From an uncultured SAR86 cluster bacterium (lineage in GTDB: Bacteria > Pseudomonadota > Gammaproteobacteria > Magnimaribacterales > AG-339-G14), in NCBI GenBank assembly GCA_902525435.1, contig CABZHD010000004.1, positions 29,133 through 93,132 on the forward strand: a stretch of DNA of 64,000 bases, given 5' to 3'. A model generated the notes under the pieces. It ran no database searches. It saw only the letters and a program-made list of their open reading frames with translations, and was not told the origin of the DNA. Below, piece after piece: positions 36,720 through 45,930 of this stretch (position 1 is its first letter; each line of letters begins with the position of its first letter). Made by a program: the position numbers and the translations under genes.

Positions 36720-38472
36720 AGTAATAAAAATTGCAAATTGCAGCGGTTTCTATGGAGATAAACTCTCTGCTGCTAAGGATATGGTTGATGGAGGTCCGAT
36801 AGATGTTCTAACTGGAGATTACTTGGCTGAATTAACTATGACCATTCTTTATAACCAAAAGCTTAAAAGAGGTGAAGATCATGGTTATGTGGGAACCTTT
36901 TTAAAACAATTTAAGGATGTAGCCGAAAAATGTCAGCAAGAAGGAATAAAAATTGTTACCAATGCAGGGGGATTAAACCCAAAAGGCATGGCTTCAATGA
37001 TTGAAGACATTGTTTCAGAACTCAACTTAGAGTTAAAAGTAGCTTATATCGATGGTGATGACCTCATGCCTGAATTATCAAAATTAAATGAATCAGGAGA
37101 GGAAATAAAAAATATTGATACGAATGTATCTCTTTTTGATTATGATAAAAAAGCTGTAACTGCAAATGCTTACTTTGGCGCTTGGGGTATTAAAGAAGCG
37201 CTGGACTCAGGAGCAGATGTGGTTATTTGTCCAAGAGTCACAGATGCTGCAGTAGTAATTGGTCCTGCTGCCTGGAAGTTCAATTGGCAAAGAAATGACT
37301 ACGATAAATTAGCTGGTGCTCTTGCAGCTGGCCACCTAATTGAATGTGGAGCACAAGTTACCGGAGGTAATTATTCTTTCTTTAGAGAAGTGCCTTCATT
37401 CAGTAACGTTGGTTATCCCATTGCAGAAATAGAAGAGGATGGAAATTTTACAATTACTAAACATCCTAATACCGGAGGATTGGTTTCTGTTGGTACTGTA
37501 ACGGCACAACTTCTATATGAAATAAGCAGTCCCGCATATATTAATCCTGACGTAATTGCCAATTTTGATACTCTAAAAATCGAACAAGAATCCAACGATA
37601 GAGTTTATGTCAGTGGTTGCAAAGGAAGCAGCCCTCCAGACAAACATAAGGTTTGTATTAATTTAGCTGGAGGTTTTAGAAACGGAATTGAACTTTTATT
37701 AACAGGTTTAGATATAGAAGAAAAAGCAGATTTGATTACTGATTCAATTTTCGAAAATGTAGGCGGAAGAGAACAATTTGATAAGGTAGACGTTCAACTC
37801 CACAGAACCGATAAAATTAATCCAAACAGTAATGAGGAGGCCCAAGCATTCTTAAGAATTGATGTAATGTCTAAGGATGCTGATAAAGTTGGCAGATTAT
37901 TCAATGCAAAAATTGTAGAACTAGCTTTAGCTAATTTTCCTGGTTGGACAGGAAGAAGTGGGGTAGTACCTAGCGGACCTTTCATAGAATATTGGCCAGC
38001 TTTAGTCGACAGCAAATTTGTTAGGGAACAAGTTCATTTTCTAGGAGAGACGAAAGAAGTGGTTCCAACCAGCCAGCTTGATTACGAAGAGATTCTCTAT
38101 CAAAAAAAACCTTACTCTAATCCAGAAGTTGATAAAACAATTCTGGAAGAAGTTCCATTTGGCAATCTTTACGGAACACGTTCAGGCGACAAGGGTGGAT
38201 GTGCGAATGTTGGAGTTTGGGCAAAAAATAAAGACAGTTATGCTTTCCTGTATGACTTTTTAACTGTAGACAAATTTAAGGAATTATTGCCTGATCTAAG
38301 TAACTTTGAAATTGAAAGGTATGAATTACCAAACATTCTTTCACTAAATTTCTATGTCCGTGGAATTCTTCAAGATGGAGTTTCTTCTTCGACTAGAATG
38401 GATCCTCAAGCTAAATCACTCGGGGAATATTTAAGGGCAAAAATAATTCAAGCACCCAAACAACTTTTATAG
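36706..38472 (+). CDS. AtuA-like acyclic terpene utilisation protein (DUF1446 with fused C-terminal DUF4387-like part)
   Basis: 588 aa with N-terminal IKIANCSGFYGDKLSAAKDMVDGGPIDVLTGDYLAELTM, typical of DUF1446/AtuA. Its length is similar to Pseudomonas AtuA. Confidence 0.75.
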   Translation: MTKNEVIKIANCSGFYGDKLSAAKDMVDGGPIDVLTGDYLAELTMTILYNQKLKRGEDHGYVGTFLKQFKDVAEKCQQEGIKIVTNAGGLNPKGMASMIEDIVSELNLELKVAYIDGDDLMPELSKLNESGEEIKNIDTNVSLFDYDKKAVTANAYFGAWGIKEALDSGADVVICPRVTDAAVVIGPAAWKFNWQRNDYDKLAGALAAGHLIECGAQVTGGNYSFFREVPSFSNVGYPIAEIEEDGNFTITKHPNTGGLVSVGTVTAQLLYEISSPAYINPDVIANFDTLKIEQESNDRVYVSGCKGSSPPDKHKVCINLAGGFRNGIELLLTGLDIEEKADLITDSIFENVGGREQFDKVDVQLHRTDKINPNSNEEAQAFLRIDVMSKDADKVGRLFNAKIVELALANFPGWTGRSGVVPSGPFIEYWPALVDSKFVREQVHFLGETKEVVPTSQLDYEEILYQKKPYSNPEVDKTILEEVPFGNLYGTRSGDKGGCANVGVWAKNKDSYAFLYDFLTVDKFKELLPDLSNFEIERYELPNILSLNFYVRGILQDGVSSSTRMDPQAKSLGEYLRAKIIQAPKQLL

Positions 38473-38480
38473 GAAAAAAT

Positions 38481-39269
38481 ATGACAGATAAATTATCTTT
38501 AGAGGGCTTAAATTTTCAAGCAACTAAGTTAAACATTGCCAACAATGTTTTAACTCTTACCCTAAATAGACCAGAGAAAAAGAACGCTTTAAATAACGTC
38601 ATGATGAATGAAATTAATTATGCTCTAGCTTACGCAAAACAAGAGAGAAGCATCAGGGTAGTTATCATCGCTGCCGAAGGTGACGTTTTTTGTGCTGGAG
38701 CAGATTTAAATAGAAAACAAGAAGAATCAAATGTTCCGAGGATAGAAGGCTCTGATGACATAAGTATGTCCATAAGGCATTTATATAAACCCGTAATTTG
38801 CAAAATTCAGGGTTCTGTCCATGCCGGCGCATTATTGATGGTTACAAATTGCACTCATGCTATTGCAGTGGAAAATGCAAAATTTTCAGCGCCAGAAATA
38901 CTCAGAGGAGTTTGGCCGCATATGGTAATGGCAGGCCTATTTAGAGTAATGCCTAAAAGAGCTGGATTAGATTTCTGCATGAGAGGCCAAGCGATTGATG
39001 CAAAAAAAGCAGAGGAGTGGGGTTTAATAAATGAATCTGTACCCAACGATCAGTTAGATGAAAGGGTAGATAGCCTTGCAAGTGACCTTGCTAACCTTGC
39101 TCCGGGTACCATGCAATTTGGACTGGAAGCCTATGTCAATCAGGATGGAATGAATTTTGATGAAGCTTTACCTTATTTAGGTAAAAAAAGTGCGGAAACC
39201 TTTGCGGGTCCAGATGCTCAAGAGGGCATTTCAGCTTTTTTGGAAAAAAGAGAACCAAAGTGGGATTAA
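38481..39269 (+). CDS. enoyl-CoA hydratase family (AtuE/LiuC-like glutaconyl-CoA hydratase candidate)
   Basis: 262 aa with FCAGADL and C-terminal EGISAFLEKREPKW. It lies directly downstream of the atuA-like gene. Confidence 0.8.
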   Translation: MTDKLSLEGLNFQATKLNIANNVLTLTLNRPEKKNALNNVMMNEINYALAYAKQERSIRVVIIAAEGDVFCAGADLNRKQEESNVPRIEGSDDISMSIRHLYKPVICKIQGSVHAGALLMVTNCTHAIAVENAKFSAPEILRGVWPHMVMAGLFRVMPKRAGLDFCMRGQAIDAKKAEEWGLINESVPNDQLDERVDSLASDLANLAPGTMQFGLEAYVNQDGMNFDEALPYLGKKSAETFAGPDAQEGISAFLEKREPKWD

Positions 39270-41188
39270 TCTTCTAAAATCACCAAAGTTGAGCCGCTCT
39301 CAACCTGATCTCCAACAGCAATCAATACTTCTTTAACGTTTCCATCACTTGGAGCGGTTACCTTATGCTCCATTTTCATAGCTTCAAGAATCACTAAAGT
39401 TTGGCCAGACTTAACAGACTCATTTTTTTTGACAGGTACATCAACCACTTTTCCAGGCATAGGAGCAGTTAAGCCGCCGGCTATTTCGTTTATCGAGCTG
39501 GATTCAAACCTTTCTTTCATCTCAAACAGTAAGTCTCCCTTAATAGTTTGAATAAGAAACTTTCCTTCATGATATGTAATTTTTGAAATGATCCTTTTTC
39601 CATCAATTTCAATATCTATTGATTCATCATCAAATTCATAAATTCTTACTAAAGCATCATTTGAAAGACAAAAGTCTCCACCTCTCTTTGACTTGTATTT
39701 GACCTCAATAACATCATCACCAAAAATTAAATCTACTTTTTGATGTGGAAGCCTTGCGTTATGCCAACCAGATTGAATGTTAGAAAGAACACTAGCATTT
39801 TCTCTGTTTTTAGCTTGATTCCACATGGCTACCGCTACAGCATGATCAAAAATTTCTTTTTCTGATAAATCAATTTCTGTGTTGAGATTTACTCTCTCAA
39901 CAAAGTCGGTTGTTGTTTTTCCTTTGAGAAAATCTTCAGACCTTAAGATTGAAATAAGATAATCACGGTTTGTCCTCATGCCACCAAAATGACTTCTTTC
40001 AAGAGCCAAGGCTAGCTTTTGAGCAGCTTCCTCTCTAGTTTCAGCATATGAAATAACTTTTCCAAGCATAGGATCAAAATTTGAGGACACAACAGTTCCT
40101 TTTTCAATCCCTACATCCCAGCGTACAGAAGGGTTATCGCATGGATCGAAGGCAATTATATCTCCAGTGACTGGGAGAAATTCATTTGCAGGATCCTCCG
40201 CATAAAGCCTAACTTCGATTGAAGAACCTATCAATTCAACATCATCTTGAACAAACTCTAATTCATTGCCTTGAGCAATCTTTATTTGTTCTTTAACAAG
40301 ATCTAGACCAGTTACCTCTTCTGTTACCGGATGTTCTACTTGGAGTCTTGTGTTTACTTCTAAAAAAAAGAATTCTTTGGTTTTATCATCAAACAAAAAT
40401 TCAACTGTTCCTGCAGATTCATATTTAAGTGCAGAAGCAAGCTGAACAGCCGCAGATCCAATTTTGTCTCTGAGCTCTTGATCAATAACTGTAGAAGGAG
40501 ATTCTTCAACAATTTTTTGATGCCTTCTTTGAATTGAGCACTCTCTTTCTCCTAAGTGAACAACGTTTCCAAAAGAATCACCTAAAATTTGAATCTCTAT
40601 GTGACGAGATTTTTCTACATATCTTTCTAAAAAAACTCTTTTATCGCCAAAACCGCTCTCTGCTTCACGCTCGGCAGCTGATATGCTCTCTTTTAACTTT
40701 TTGGGATCTTCAACAATTCTCATCCCCTTACCACCTCCTCCAGCAGAAGCTTTAACAAGAATTGGATATCCAATTTTTTTTGCATCTTTGGCGTCAGAAG
40801 TCATAGGAAGAGTTGGAACGCCAGCCTTTTCAGCTAATTTCTTAGAGGTAATTTTATCTCCCATTTTTTTAATGACATTCCCGCTTGGTCCTATCCAAAT
40901 GATCCCTGCTTTTTTCACAGAGTTTGCAAACCCAGCATTTTCAGATAAAAAGCCATATCCCGGATGAATTGCATGAGAACCTGAATTTTTTGCAATAGAA
41001 ATTATTTCTTTCGCATCCAAATAACTGCCTTCCAACTTATAAGCTTCATCAGCCTCCTTAACATAAGGAGAATTAGCATCATCTTGTGTATAAATAGCAA
41101 CACATGAGATTCCCATATCTTGAGTGCTGCTGATCACTCTACTTGCAATTTCGCCTCTATTTGCAATTAGTAATTTTTTAATGATCAT
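39266..41188 (-). CDS. biotin-dependent acyl-CoA carboxylase alpha subunit (biotin carboxylase + BCCP; MCCase/geranyl-CoA carboxylase type)
   Basis: 640 aa with KLLIANRGEIA, GGGGKGMRIV, the ATP-grasp core and a C-terminal biotinylation motif LEAMKMEH. Confidence 0.92.
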   Translation of the reverse strand: MIIKKLLIANRGEIASRVISSTQDMGISCVAIYTQDDANSPYVKEADEAYKLEGSYLDAKEIISIAKNSGSHAIHPGYGFLSENAGFANSVKKAGIIWIGPSGNVIKKMGDKITSKKLAEKAGVPTLPMTSDAKDAKKIGYPILVKASAGGGGKGMRIVEDPKKLKESISAAEREAESGFGDKRVFLERYVEKSRHIEIQILGDSFGNVVHLGERECSIQRRHQKIVEESPSTVIDQELRDKIGSAAVQLASALKYESAGTVEFLFDDKTKEFFFLEVNTRLQVEHPVTEEVTGLDLVKEQIKIAQGNELEFVQDDVELIGSSIEVRLYAEDPANEFLPVTGDIIAFDPCDNPSVRWDVGIEKGTVVSSNFDPMLGKVISYAETREEAAQKLALALERSHFGGMRTNRDYLISILRSEDFLKGKTTTDFVERVNLNTEIDLSEKEIFDHAVAVAMWNQAKNRENASVLSNIQSGWHNARLPHQKVDLIFGDDVIEVKYKSKRGGDFCLSNDALVRIYEFDDESIDIEIDGKRIISKITYHEGKFLIQTIKGDLLFEMKERFESSSINEIAGGLTAPMPGKVVDVPVKKNESVKSGQTLVILEAMKMEHKVTAPSDGNVKEVLIAVGDQVESGSTLVILED

Positions 41189-42816
41189 AGTCTGAACACT
41201 CCAAATCCATCTGATCCCTTAACTTCTTTATTGTTTACAACAGAAAGGCAAATACCAAGAACTGTCCTAGTATCTCTTGGATCAATAATCCCATCATCGG
41301 AAATTGCACTTGTGGCTATTAAAGCTTCAGAACCTTTGTCATGAGAAATTTTTTGACCTTCTACAATTCTCGCATCTTCTTTTTCATCGAAGGGGAGACC
41401 ATCACGCATAGCTTTTGCTCTTCTTACCATCGACATAACTCCAGCTATTTGTTCCCCTCCCATTACGGCAATCTTTGCTGTTGGCCATAAAAAGGTAAAA
41501 GCATTACCAAATTCTTTTCCAGACATGGCATATGTACCGGCACCGTATGAGTTTCCAAGAATAACTGTCAAATGAGGAACCTCAGAATTTGAAACTGCAT
41601 TTAGCATTTGTGCACCTTTTTTAATCGATCCATTCTGCTCAAATTCTTTTCCAATATTAAAACCTGTAATATTTTGTAAAAAAACAAGAGGTATGCTTAT
41701 CTGATTGCATAGTTGAATAAAGTGGGCTGCCTTTTGAGATGAATCTGGAAATAAGGAACCATTATTTCCCAAAACTCCAACTGTGTGCCCATGAATTTTC
41801 ATGAAACCGCATATAATTGTTGGTCCAAAGAGGGGTTTGAATTCTTCAAACCTTGAACCATCTGCAATTCTTGAAATTACTTCGCGAACATCAAAAGGTC
41901 TTTTCAAGCTTGGATTCACAATACCTAATAAATCTTCTTGATCATTAATTGGCTCTTCATAGATAGAATCGGGAGAATTACCTTCTTTTGACCAATCAAG
42001 ATGAGACATAACTTCTCTGCCAATTCTTATTGCATCCATTTCATCTTCCGCAAAATAGTCCGCTAAACCAGATTTTTCAGCATGCATCTTTGCTCCACCT
42101 AGACTTTCGGCATCAGATTCTTCACCTGTTGCCATTTTAACTAATGGCGGACCACCCAAAAATACTTGAGACTGTTCTTTAACAAAAATATTGTAATCTG
42201 ACATTCCCGGCTGGTAAGCGCCCCCTGCAGTGGAAGATCCAAAAGTAATTGTAACAGTTGGAATACCTAGCTTTGATAGTTCGGTTATCTCATAGAACTG
42301 TCTTCCTGACTCAGCAAAATGACCAACATTTAAAGCAACTGAAGAGCGGTTTCCTCTAGGTCTCAAATCTCCGCCAGCTGATTCAACAAATTGCACAAAA
42401 GGAATGCGGCAGTCTCTGGCAATTTGCATTGCTCTCATCCATTTTTTTACTGAGAACGCTTGCATTGCCCCAGCCAAAACTGTTGGATCATTAGCAAAAA
42501 TAATACATTCAACACCGGCAGAAACTCCTATGCCGGCTACGCAACCTCCTCCTACTGGATAGTCAGACTTATAACCGGCTAGTGGGCTAATTTCTAAAAA
42601 TGGACTATCAGGATCTAAAAAATTAAAAATTCTCTCTCTTACAGGAAGCTTTCCTCTAGCAGCAAGTCTTTCATGATGCCTCGGACCACCACCAGCTTCA
42701 GCTTCATCGAGTAGTTCATCAATCTCATCGAGCTTTCCGAGCATAGATTTTTTATTTGAAATAAATTCATCATCGTTTAGGTTTAAACGAGTTTTTAATG
42801 GTTGTGTTTCTAACAT
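41185..42816 (-). CDS. acyl-CoA carboxylase carboxyltransferase (beta) subunit (MCCase/geranyl-CoA carboxylase type)
   Basis: 543 aa, a two-crotonase-fold carboxyltransferase with ...GGGPRHHERLAARGKLPVRERI... and GSSTAGGAYQPGMSD. 4-nt overlap with the alpha subunit. Confidence 0.92.
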   Translation of the reverse strand: MLETQPLKTRLNLNDDEFISNKKSMLGKLDEIDELLDEAEAGGGPRHHERLAARGKLPVRERIFNFLDPDSPFLEISPLAGYKSDYPVGGGCVAGIGVSAGVECIIFANDPTVLAGAMQAFSVKKWMRAMQIARDCRIPFVQFVESAGGDLRPRGNRSSVALNVGHFAESGRQFYEITELSKLGIPTVTITFGSSTAGGAYQPGMSDYNIFVKEQSQVFLGGPPLVKMATGEESDAESLGGAKMHAEKSGLADYFAEDEMDAIRIGREVMSHLDWSKEGNSPDSIYEEPINDQEDLLGIVNPSLKRPFDVREVISRIADGSRFEEFKPLFGPTIICGFMKIHGHTVGVLGNNGSLFPDSSQKAAHFIQLCNQISIPLVFLQNITGFNIGKEFEQNGSIKKGAQMLNAVSNSEVPHLTVILGNSYGAGTYAMSGKEFGNAFTFLWPTAKIAVMGGEQIAGVMSMVRRAKAMRDGLPFDEKEDARIVEGQKISHDKGSEALIATSAISDDGIIDPRDTRTVLGICLSVVNNKEVKGSDGFGVFRL

Positions 42817-42935
42817 GATTTTTTAAAGAAATTTTTAAATAAAATATGCCTCAATATTTCTATATTGTCTATTTTTTGATAGCCTAACTAAGTGATGACT
42901 TGCATAGACTTGAATACTATAATCCTCGTTTCTTT

Positions 42936-43011
42936 GGGCGATTAACTCAATTGGTAGAGTGCCACCCTTACAAGGTGGAAGTTACAGGTTCAAGTCCTGT
43001 ATCGCCCACCA
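42936..43011 (+). tRNA. tRNA-Val (anticodon TAC)
   Basis: Acceptor GGGCGAT/ATCGCCC, anticodon stem CCACC/GGTGG with loop CTTACAA, T-arm ACAGGTTCAAGTCCTGT, and CCA. A perfect TATAAT at 42918..42923 lies 12 nt upstream. Confidence 0.9.
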
Positions 43012-43099
43012 TTTATCTAAATATTTGAATTCTCCTTTTTGAGTTCAAAATATCCAATTTTGTAACATTATTTCCAATTAAAAATGTTATTTTTTATAA

Positions 43100-44680
43100 A
43101 TGAAAAGAAGACAATTTTTACGTACCCTTGGCATCCTTCTAGTTCTCTTGCCATTTAGAATTTTCCCTTTTAGCCAAGATAAAAAAATCTCTTTTAAATA
43201 TGGAGTTGCAAGCGGAGATCCAACTAATTCAAACGTCATTCTCTGGACAAAATTATCAGGAGTAGAAAGCAAAAAGAAGAAAGTTAGATGGGAAGTCTCT
43301 GATCAAAAAGACTTTTCCAGAATTATTGCTAAAGGGCACGTAACTGCAAAACTAAGCGATGATTTTACTGTGAAAGTTGATGCAAGAATCCCAGATCAAT
43401 TTAATGGAGAAAGCATTTTTTATAGGTTTACTGCCGACAAAATTTATTCTGAAATTGGTAAAACAATAACTTTACCTTCTTACAATCCAAGAAGTTTCAA
43501 TATTGCTTTTTGTAGTTGTTCTAATTATCCAGCAGGATATTTTAATTCTTACAAAGAAATTGCTGAAAATACAGATATCCATCTTGTTCTTCACTTGGGC
43601 GATTATCTTTATGAATATGCAGTCGATGGATATGCATCTTCTAATGCAAAAGAGATGAATAGATTAGTTGAACCCAAACACGAAATTATCTCACTTGATG
43701 ATTACCGTAAGAGACATGCAACCTACAGAAAAGATAATGATCTTAAAAAGCTACACGCAAATAAACCAATGATTGCGGTCTGGGATGACCATGAGTTCAC
43801 TAATGATACATGGAAAGATGGAGCTGAAAATCACCAAAAGAACGAGGGAAACTTTCAAGAAAGAAAACGAAATGCACTCAAAGCATATTATGAATGGATG
43901 CCCATTCGCGAGAAAGGTAAAAAAGAAAAAATTTGGAGAAGTTTTAAAATTGGAAATCTTATAAATCTAATGATGTTAGATACAAGATCGGTTGCAAGAG
44001 ATAAGCAATTGGATATCGAAAGTTATTTTGAGGGTAAAAATTTCAAAACAAAATCATATAAGAGAGACTTACAAAAACCTAGAAAGCTTCTTGGAAATGA
44101 GCAGTTTAAATGGATTAAAAATAATAATTCAAATGAATTCAAATGGTCAATTTTTGGACAGCAAATATTAATTGGACCAAAATATTTGCCAAATATTTTA
44201 AGTCAAATTGATATCGACGAATTTCCATCATACATACAGAGATTCAGAGCTCTATCTGGAAAAGAAATTCCTTACAACACAGATCAGTGGGATGGTTATC
44301 CTAAAGAAAGAGATAAATTTTACAAAATTATTAGCAACTCACAAGCAAATGTAATTTTGGCCGGAGATTCACACTGCTCTTGGGTATCTAATTTATATGA
44401 CAAAAGTAATTTCATTGGAGTTGAAATAGGTGCGCCTTCCATTTCTTCCCCAAATTTTGTTGACACTTTTGGAAGCCTTGTAAATTCAATAGAGAAATCC
44501 TTTGTTGAATCAAATAGAGATTTAGTTTGGATGGATGGTAAGAATAAAGGTTACACGGAAATTTCAGTTCATTCTGATTTTATTGAAGCAAAGTTTCATT
44601 ATGTCTCTACAGTAAAATCAAAGAATTATCGAAAACTTAAACCAATTTCTTTCAGAATAGAACATAACAAACCAATATAA
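43100..44680 (+). CDS. phoD: alkaline phosphatase PhoD family, Tat-exported
   Basis: 526 aa with twin-arginine signal MKRRQFLRTLG, then FKYGVASGDP, HLGDYLYEY, VWDDHEFTND and GDSHCSW, matching the PhoD metallophosphatase. Confidence 0.9.
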   Translation: MKRRQFLRTLGILLVLLPFRIFPFSQDKKISFKYGVASGDPTNSNVILWTKLSGVESKKKKVRWEVSDQKDFSRIIAKGHVTAKLSDDFTVKVDARIPDQFNGESIFYRFTADKIYSEIGKTITLPSYNPRSFNIAFCSCSNYPAGYFNSYKEIAENTDIHLVLHLGDYLYEYAVDGYASSNAKEMNRLVEPKHEIISLDDYRKRHATYRKDNDLKKLHANKPMIAVWDDHEFTNDTWKDGAENHQKNEGNFQERKRNALKAYYEWMPIREKGKKEKIWRSFKIGNLINLMMLDTRSVARDKQLDIESYFEGKNFKTKSYKRDLQKPRKLLGNEQFKWIKNNNSNEFKWSIFGQQILIGPKYLPNILSQIDIDEFPSYIQRFRALSGKEIPYNTDQWDGYPKERDKFYKIISNSQANVILAGDSHCSWVSNLYDKSNFIGVEIGAPSISSPNFVDTFGSLVNSIEKSFVESNRDLVWMDGKNKGYTEISVHSDFIEAKFHYVSTVKSKNYRKLKPISFRIEHNKPI

Positions 44681-44754
44681 ATTTAAAAGAAATACATTCT
44701 CATTTTAAGTAAGTTACTTTCTTTACATACTATGTATAATTGTCTACCTCAATT

Positions 44755-44833
44755 GGACCGGTAGTTCAGTTCTGGTTAGAACGCCGCCCTGTCACGGCGG
44801 AGGTCGCGGGTTCGAGTCCCGTCCGGTCCGCCA
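44755..44833 (+). tRNA. tRNA-Asp (anticodon GTC)
   Basis: Acceptor GGACCGG/CCGGTCC, anticodon stem CCGCC/GGCGG with loop CTGTCAC, T-arm GCGGGTTCGAGTCCCGT, and CCA. The D-loop is 2 nt longer than in E. coli. Confidence 0.88.
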
Positions 44834-44850
44834 TAAATAAAAGGTTATAT

Positions 44851-45654
44851 ATGAAAATTGAAGAAATTTTTTCTGTCAAAGATAAGGTAGCACTAGTTAC
44901 AGGTGGTTCAAGAGGGGTTGGCGAGATGATTGCATCCGCTTATTTAGCTAATGGAGCAAAAGTTTATATAACTGCTAGAAAAGCAGAAGCTTGCGACAAT
45001 AAAGCAATTGAACTAAGTGAAAAATACAATGCTGAATGTATTTCAATTCCTAATAATGCATCTAGTTTGGAGGGTATTCAGGAACTTTTCGAAGAAATAA
45101 ATCAAAAAGAATCAAAATTAGATATCTTAGTCAATAATGCTGGTGCAGCATGGGGAGAGCCGATTGAAGAATTCTCAGAACTTGGTTGGGATAAGGTAAT
45201 GGACTTAAACGTCAAAAGTATGTTTTTTGTTACGCAGAAATTTTTACCTTTATTAAAGAAAGGATCTACCAAAGAAAATCCAGCCAGAGTGATTAATATC
45301 GGTTCGATTGATGGTATTAATACACCGGCTTTTGAAAACTATGTTTACAGCGCTTCTAAAGCGGCAGTTCATCATTTGACTAGACATCTATCCTCAAGAT
45401 TGGTGAAAGATAATATTTTAGTAAATGCAATTGCTCCTGGACCATTTCCAAGCAACATGTTGGGGTCTGCAGTGGCTCATAACTATGATCCTTTAGTTGA
45501 AAGAAACCCTATGAAAAGAATAGGCACTGCTGAGGATGTTGGAGGTCTTGCAATCTTTTTATCTTCACGTGCTGGAAATTTCACTGTTGGTGAGACCATT
45601 ATTTGCGATGGAGGTTTAACAGCTTCATCAGGTCACGACCTTACATCTGAATGA
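44851..45654 (+). CDS. short-chain dehydrogenase/reductase (3-oxoacyl reductase / RhlG-like)
   Basis: ALVTGGSRGVG, NNAG and YSASKAAVHHLT (catalytic Y-x3-K). The track ORF start at 44740 lies inside tRNA-Asp, so I use the ATG at 44851. Confidence 0.88.
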   Translation: MKIEEIFSVKDKVALVTGGSRGVGEMIASAYLANGAKVYITARKAEACDNKAIELSEKYNAECISIPNNASSLEGIQELFEEINQKESKLDILVNNAGAAWGEPIEEFSELGWDKVMDLNVKSMFFVTQKFLPLLKKGSTKENPARVINIGSIDGINTPAFENYVYSASKAAVHHLTRHLSSRLVKDNILVNAIAPGPFPSNMLGSAVAHNYDPLVERNPMKRIGTAEDVGGLAIFLSSRAGNFTVGETIICDGGLTASSGHDLTSE

Positions 45655-45682
45655 AAAAAACCCCGCATTATGCGGGGTTTTT
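45654..45682. terminator. bidirectional Rho-independent terminator
   Basis: A7 (45654..45660), stem CCCCGCA (45661..45667), loop TTA, stem TGCGGGG (45671..45677), then T5 (45678..45682). Read on the minus strand, the stem is followed by U7, so it is at least as good a terminator for the minus-strand transporter transcript as for the SDR gene. Confidence 0.85.
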
Positions 45683-45683
45683 C

Positions 45684-45868
45684 AAGAGAAAGTATCTCAA
45701 CTAATCTCTTACTAGAGGCGGGACGTACCGGCCTCTAGCCGGAATACGGGTCAACCCGTTGTCAAGAGGCACCCCCTGATATTCCTGCTAAATCGTTAAT
45801 ATTAATTTTGGACCACCTCCTGTACAGGGTAAATTTTTTGAAAGCAGTTCTAGAGAATCCCTGATATT
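45684..45868. ncRNA. candidate structured RNA of unknown class (GC-rich hairpin stack in the convergent intergenic region)
   Basis: No ATG on either strand in 45683..45930. Consecutive helices are AAGAGA/TCTCTT (45684-89/45705-10), CTAGAGGC/GCCTCTAG (45712-19/45731-38) and GGAATA/TATTCC (45741-46/45780-85), the last enclosing CGGG-TCAA-CCCG. Bases 45712..45780 are 43/69 G+C in a genome of roughly 1/3 GC. Strand is undetermined. Confidence 0.35.
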
Positions 45869-45930
45869 TTTCACTAGCTGCGACACCTAATCTAATTTTA
45901 ATACTTGATTGTGTTGAGAACAATTAAATA

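Noticed and set aside
42936-44833. phoD is flanked by tRNA-Val and tRNA-Asp. I considered it as a tRNA-targeted genomic islet.
   Set aside because: There is no integrase, no direct repeat of a tRNA 3' end that I could see, and only a single cargo gene whose composition resembles its surroundings. More likely this is an ordinary chromosomal arrangement.
45819-45839. CCTGTACAGG followed by GTAAATTTTTT, considered as a plus-strand terminator for a putative sRNA.
   Set aside because: The palindrome would leave only a 2-nt loop with 4 bp of stem. That is too weak to call a terminator.
45684-45900. I considered interpreting the GC-rich intergenic RNA candidate as a CsrB/RsmY-type CsrA-sponge, or as a known riboswitch, 4.5S, 6S, tmRNA or RNase P.
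   Set aside because: Only three GGA motifs occur on each strand, and none is clearly presented in a hairpin loop. No GacA-type upstream box is visible, and no gene lies downstream in either orientation for a riboswitch. The conserved cores I remember for SRP (GGAA tetraloop with AGCA), 6S, tmRNA and RNase P are not present. I left it unclassified rather than forcing a family.
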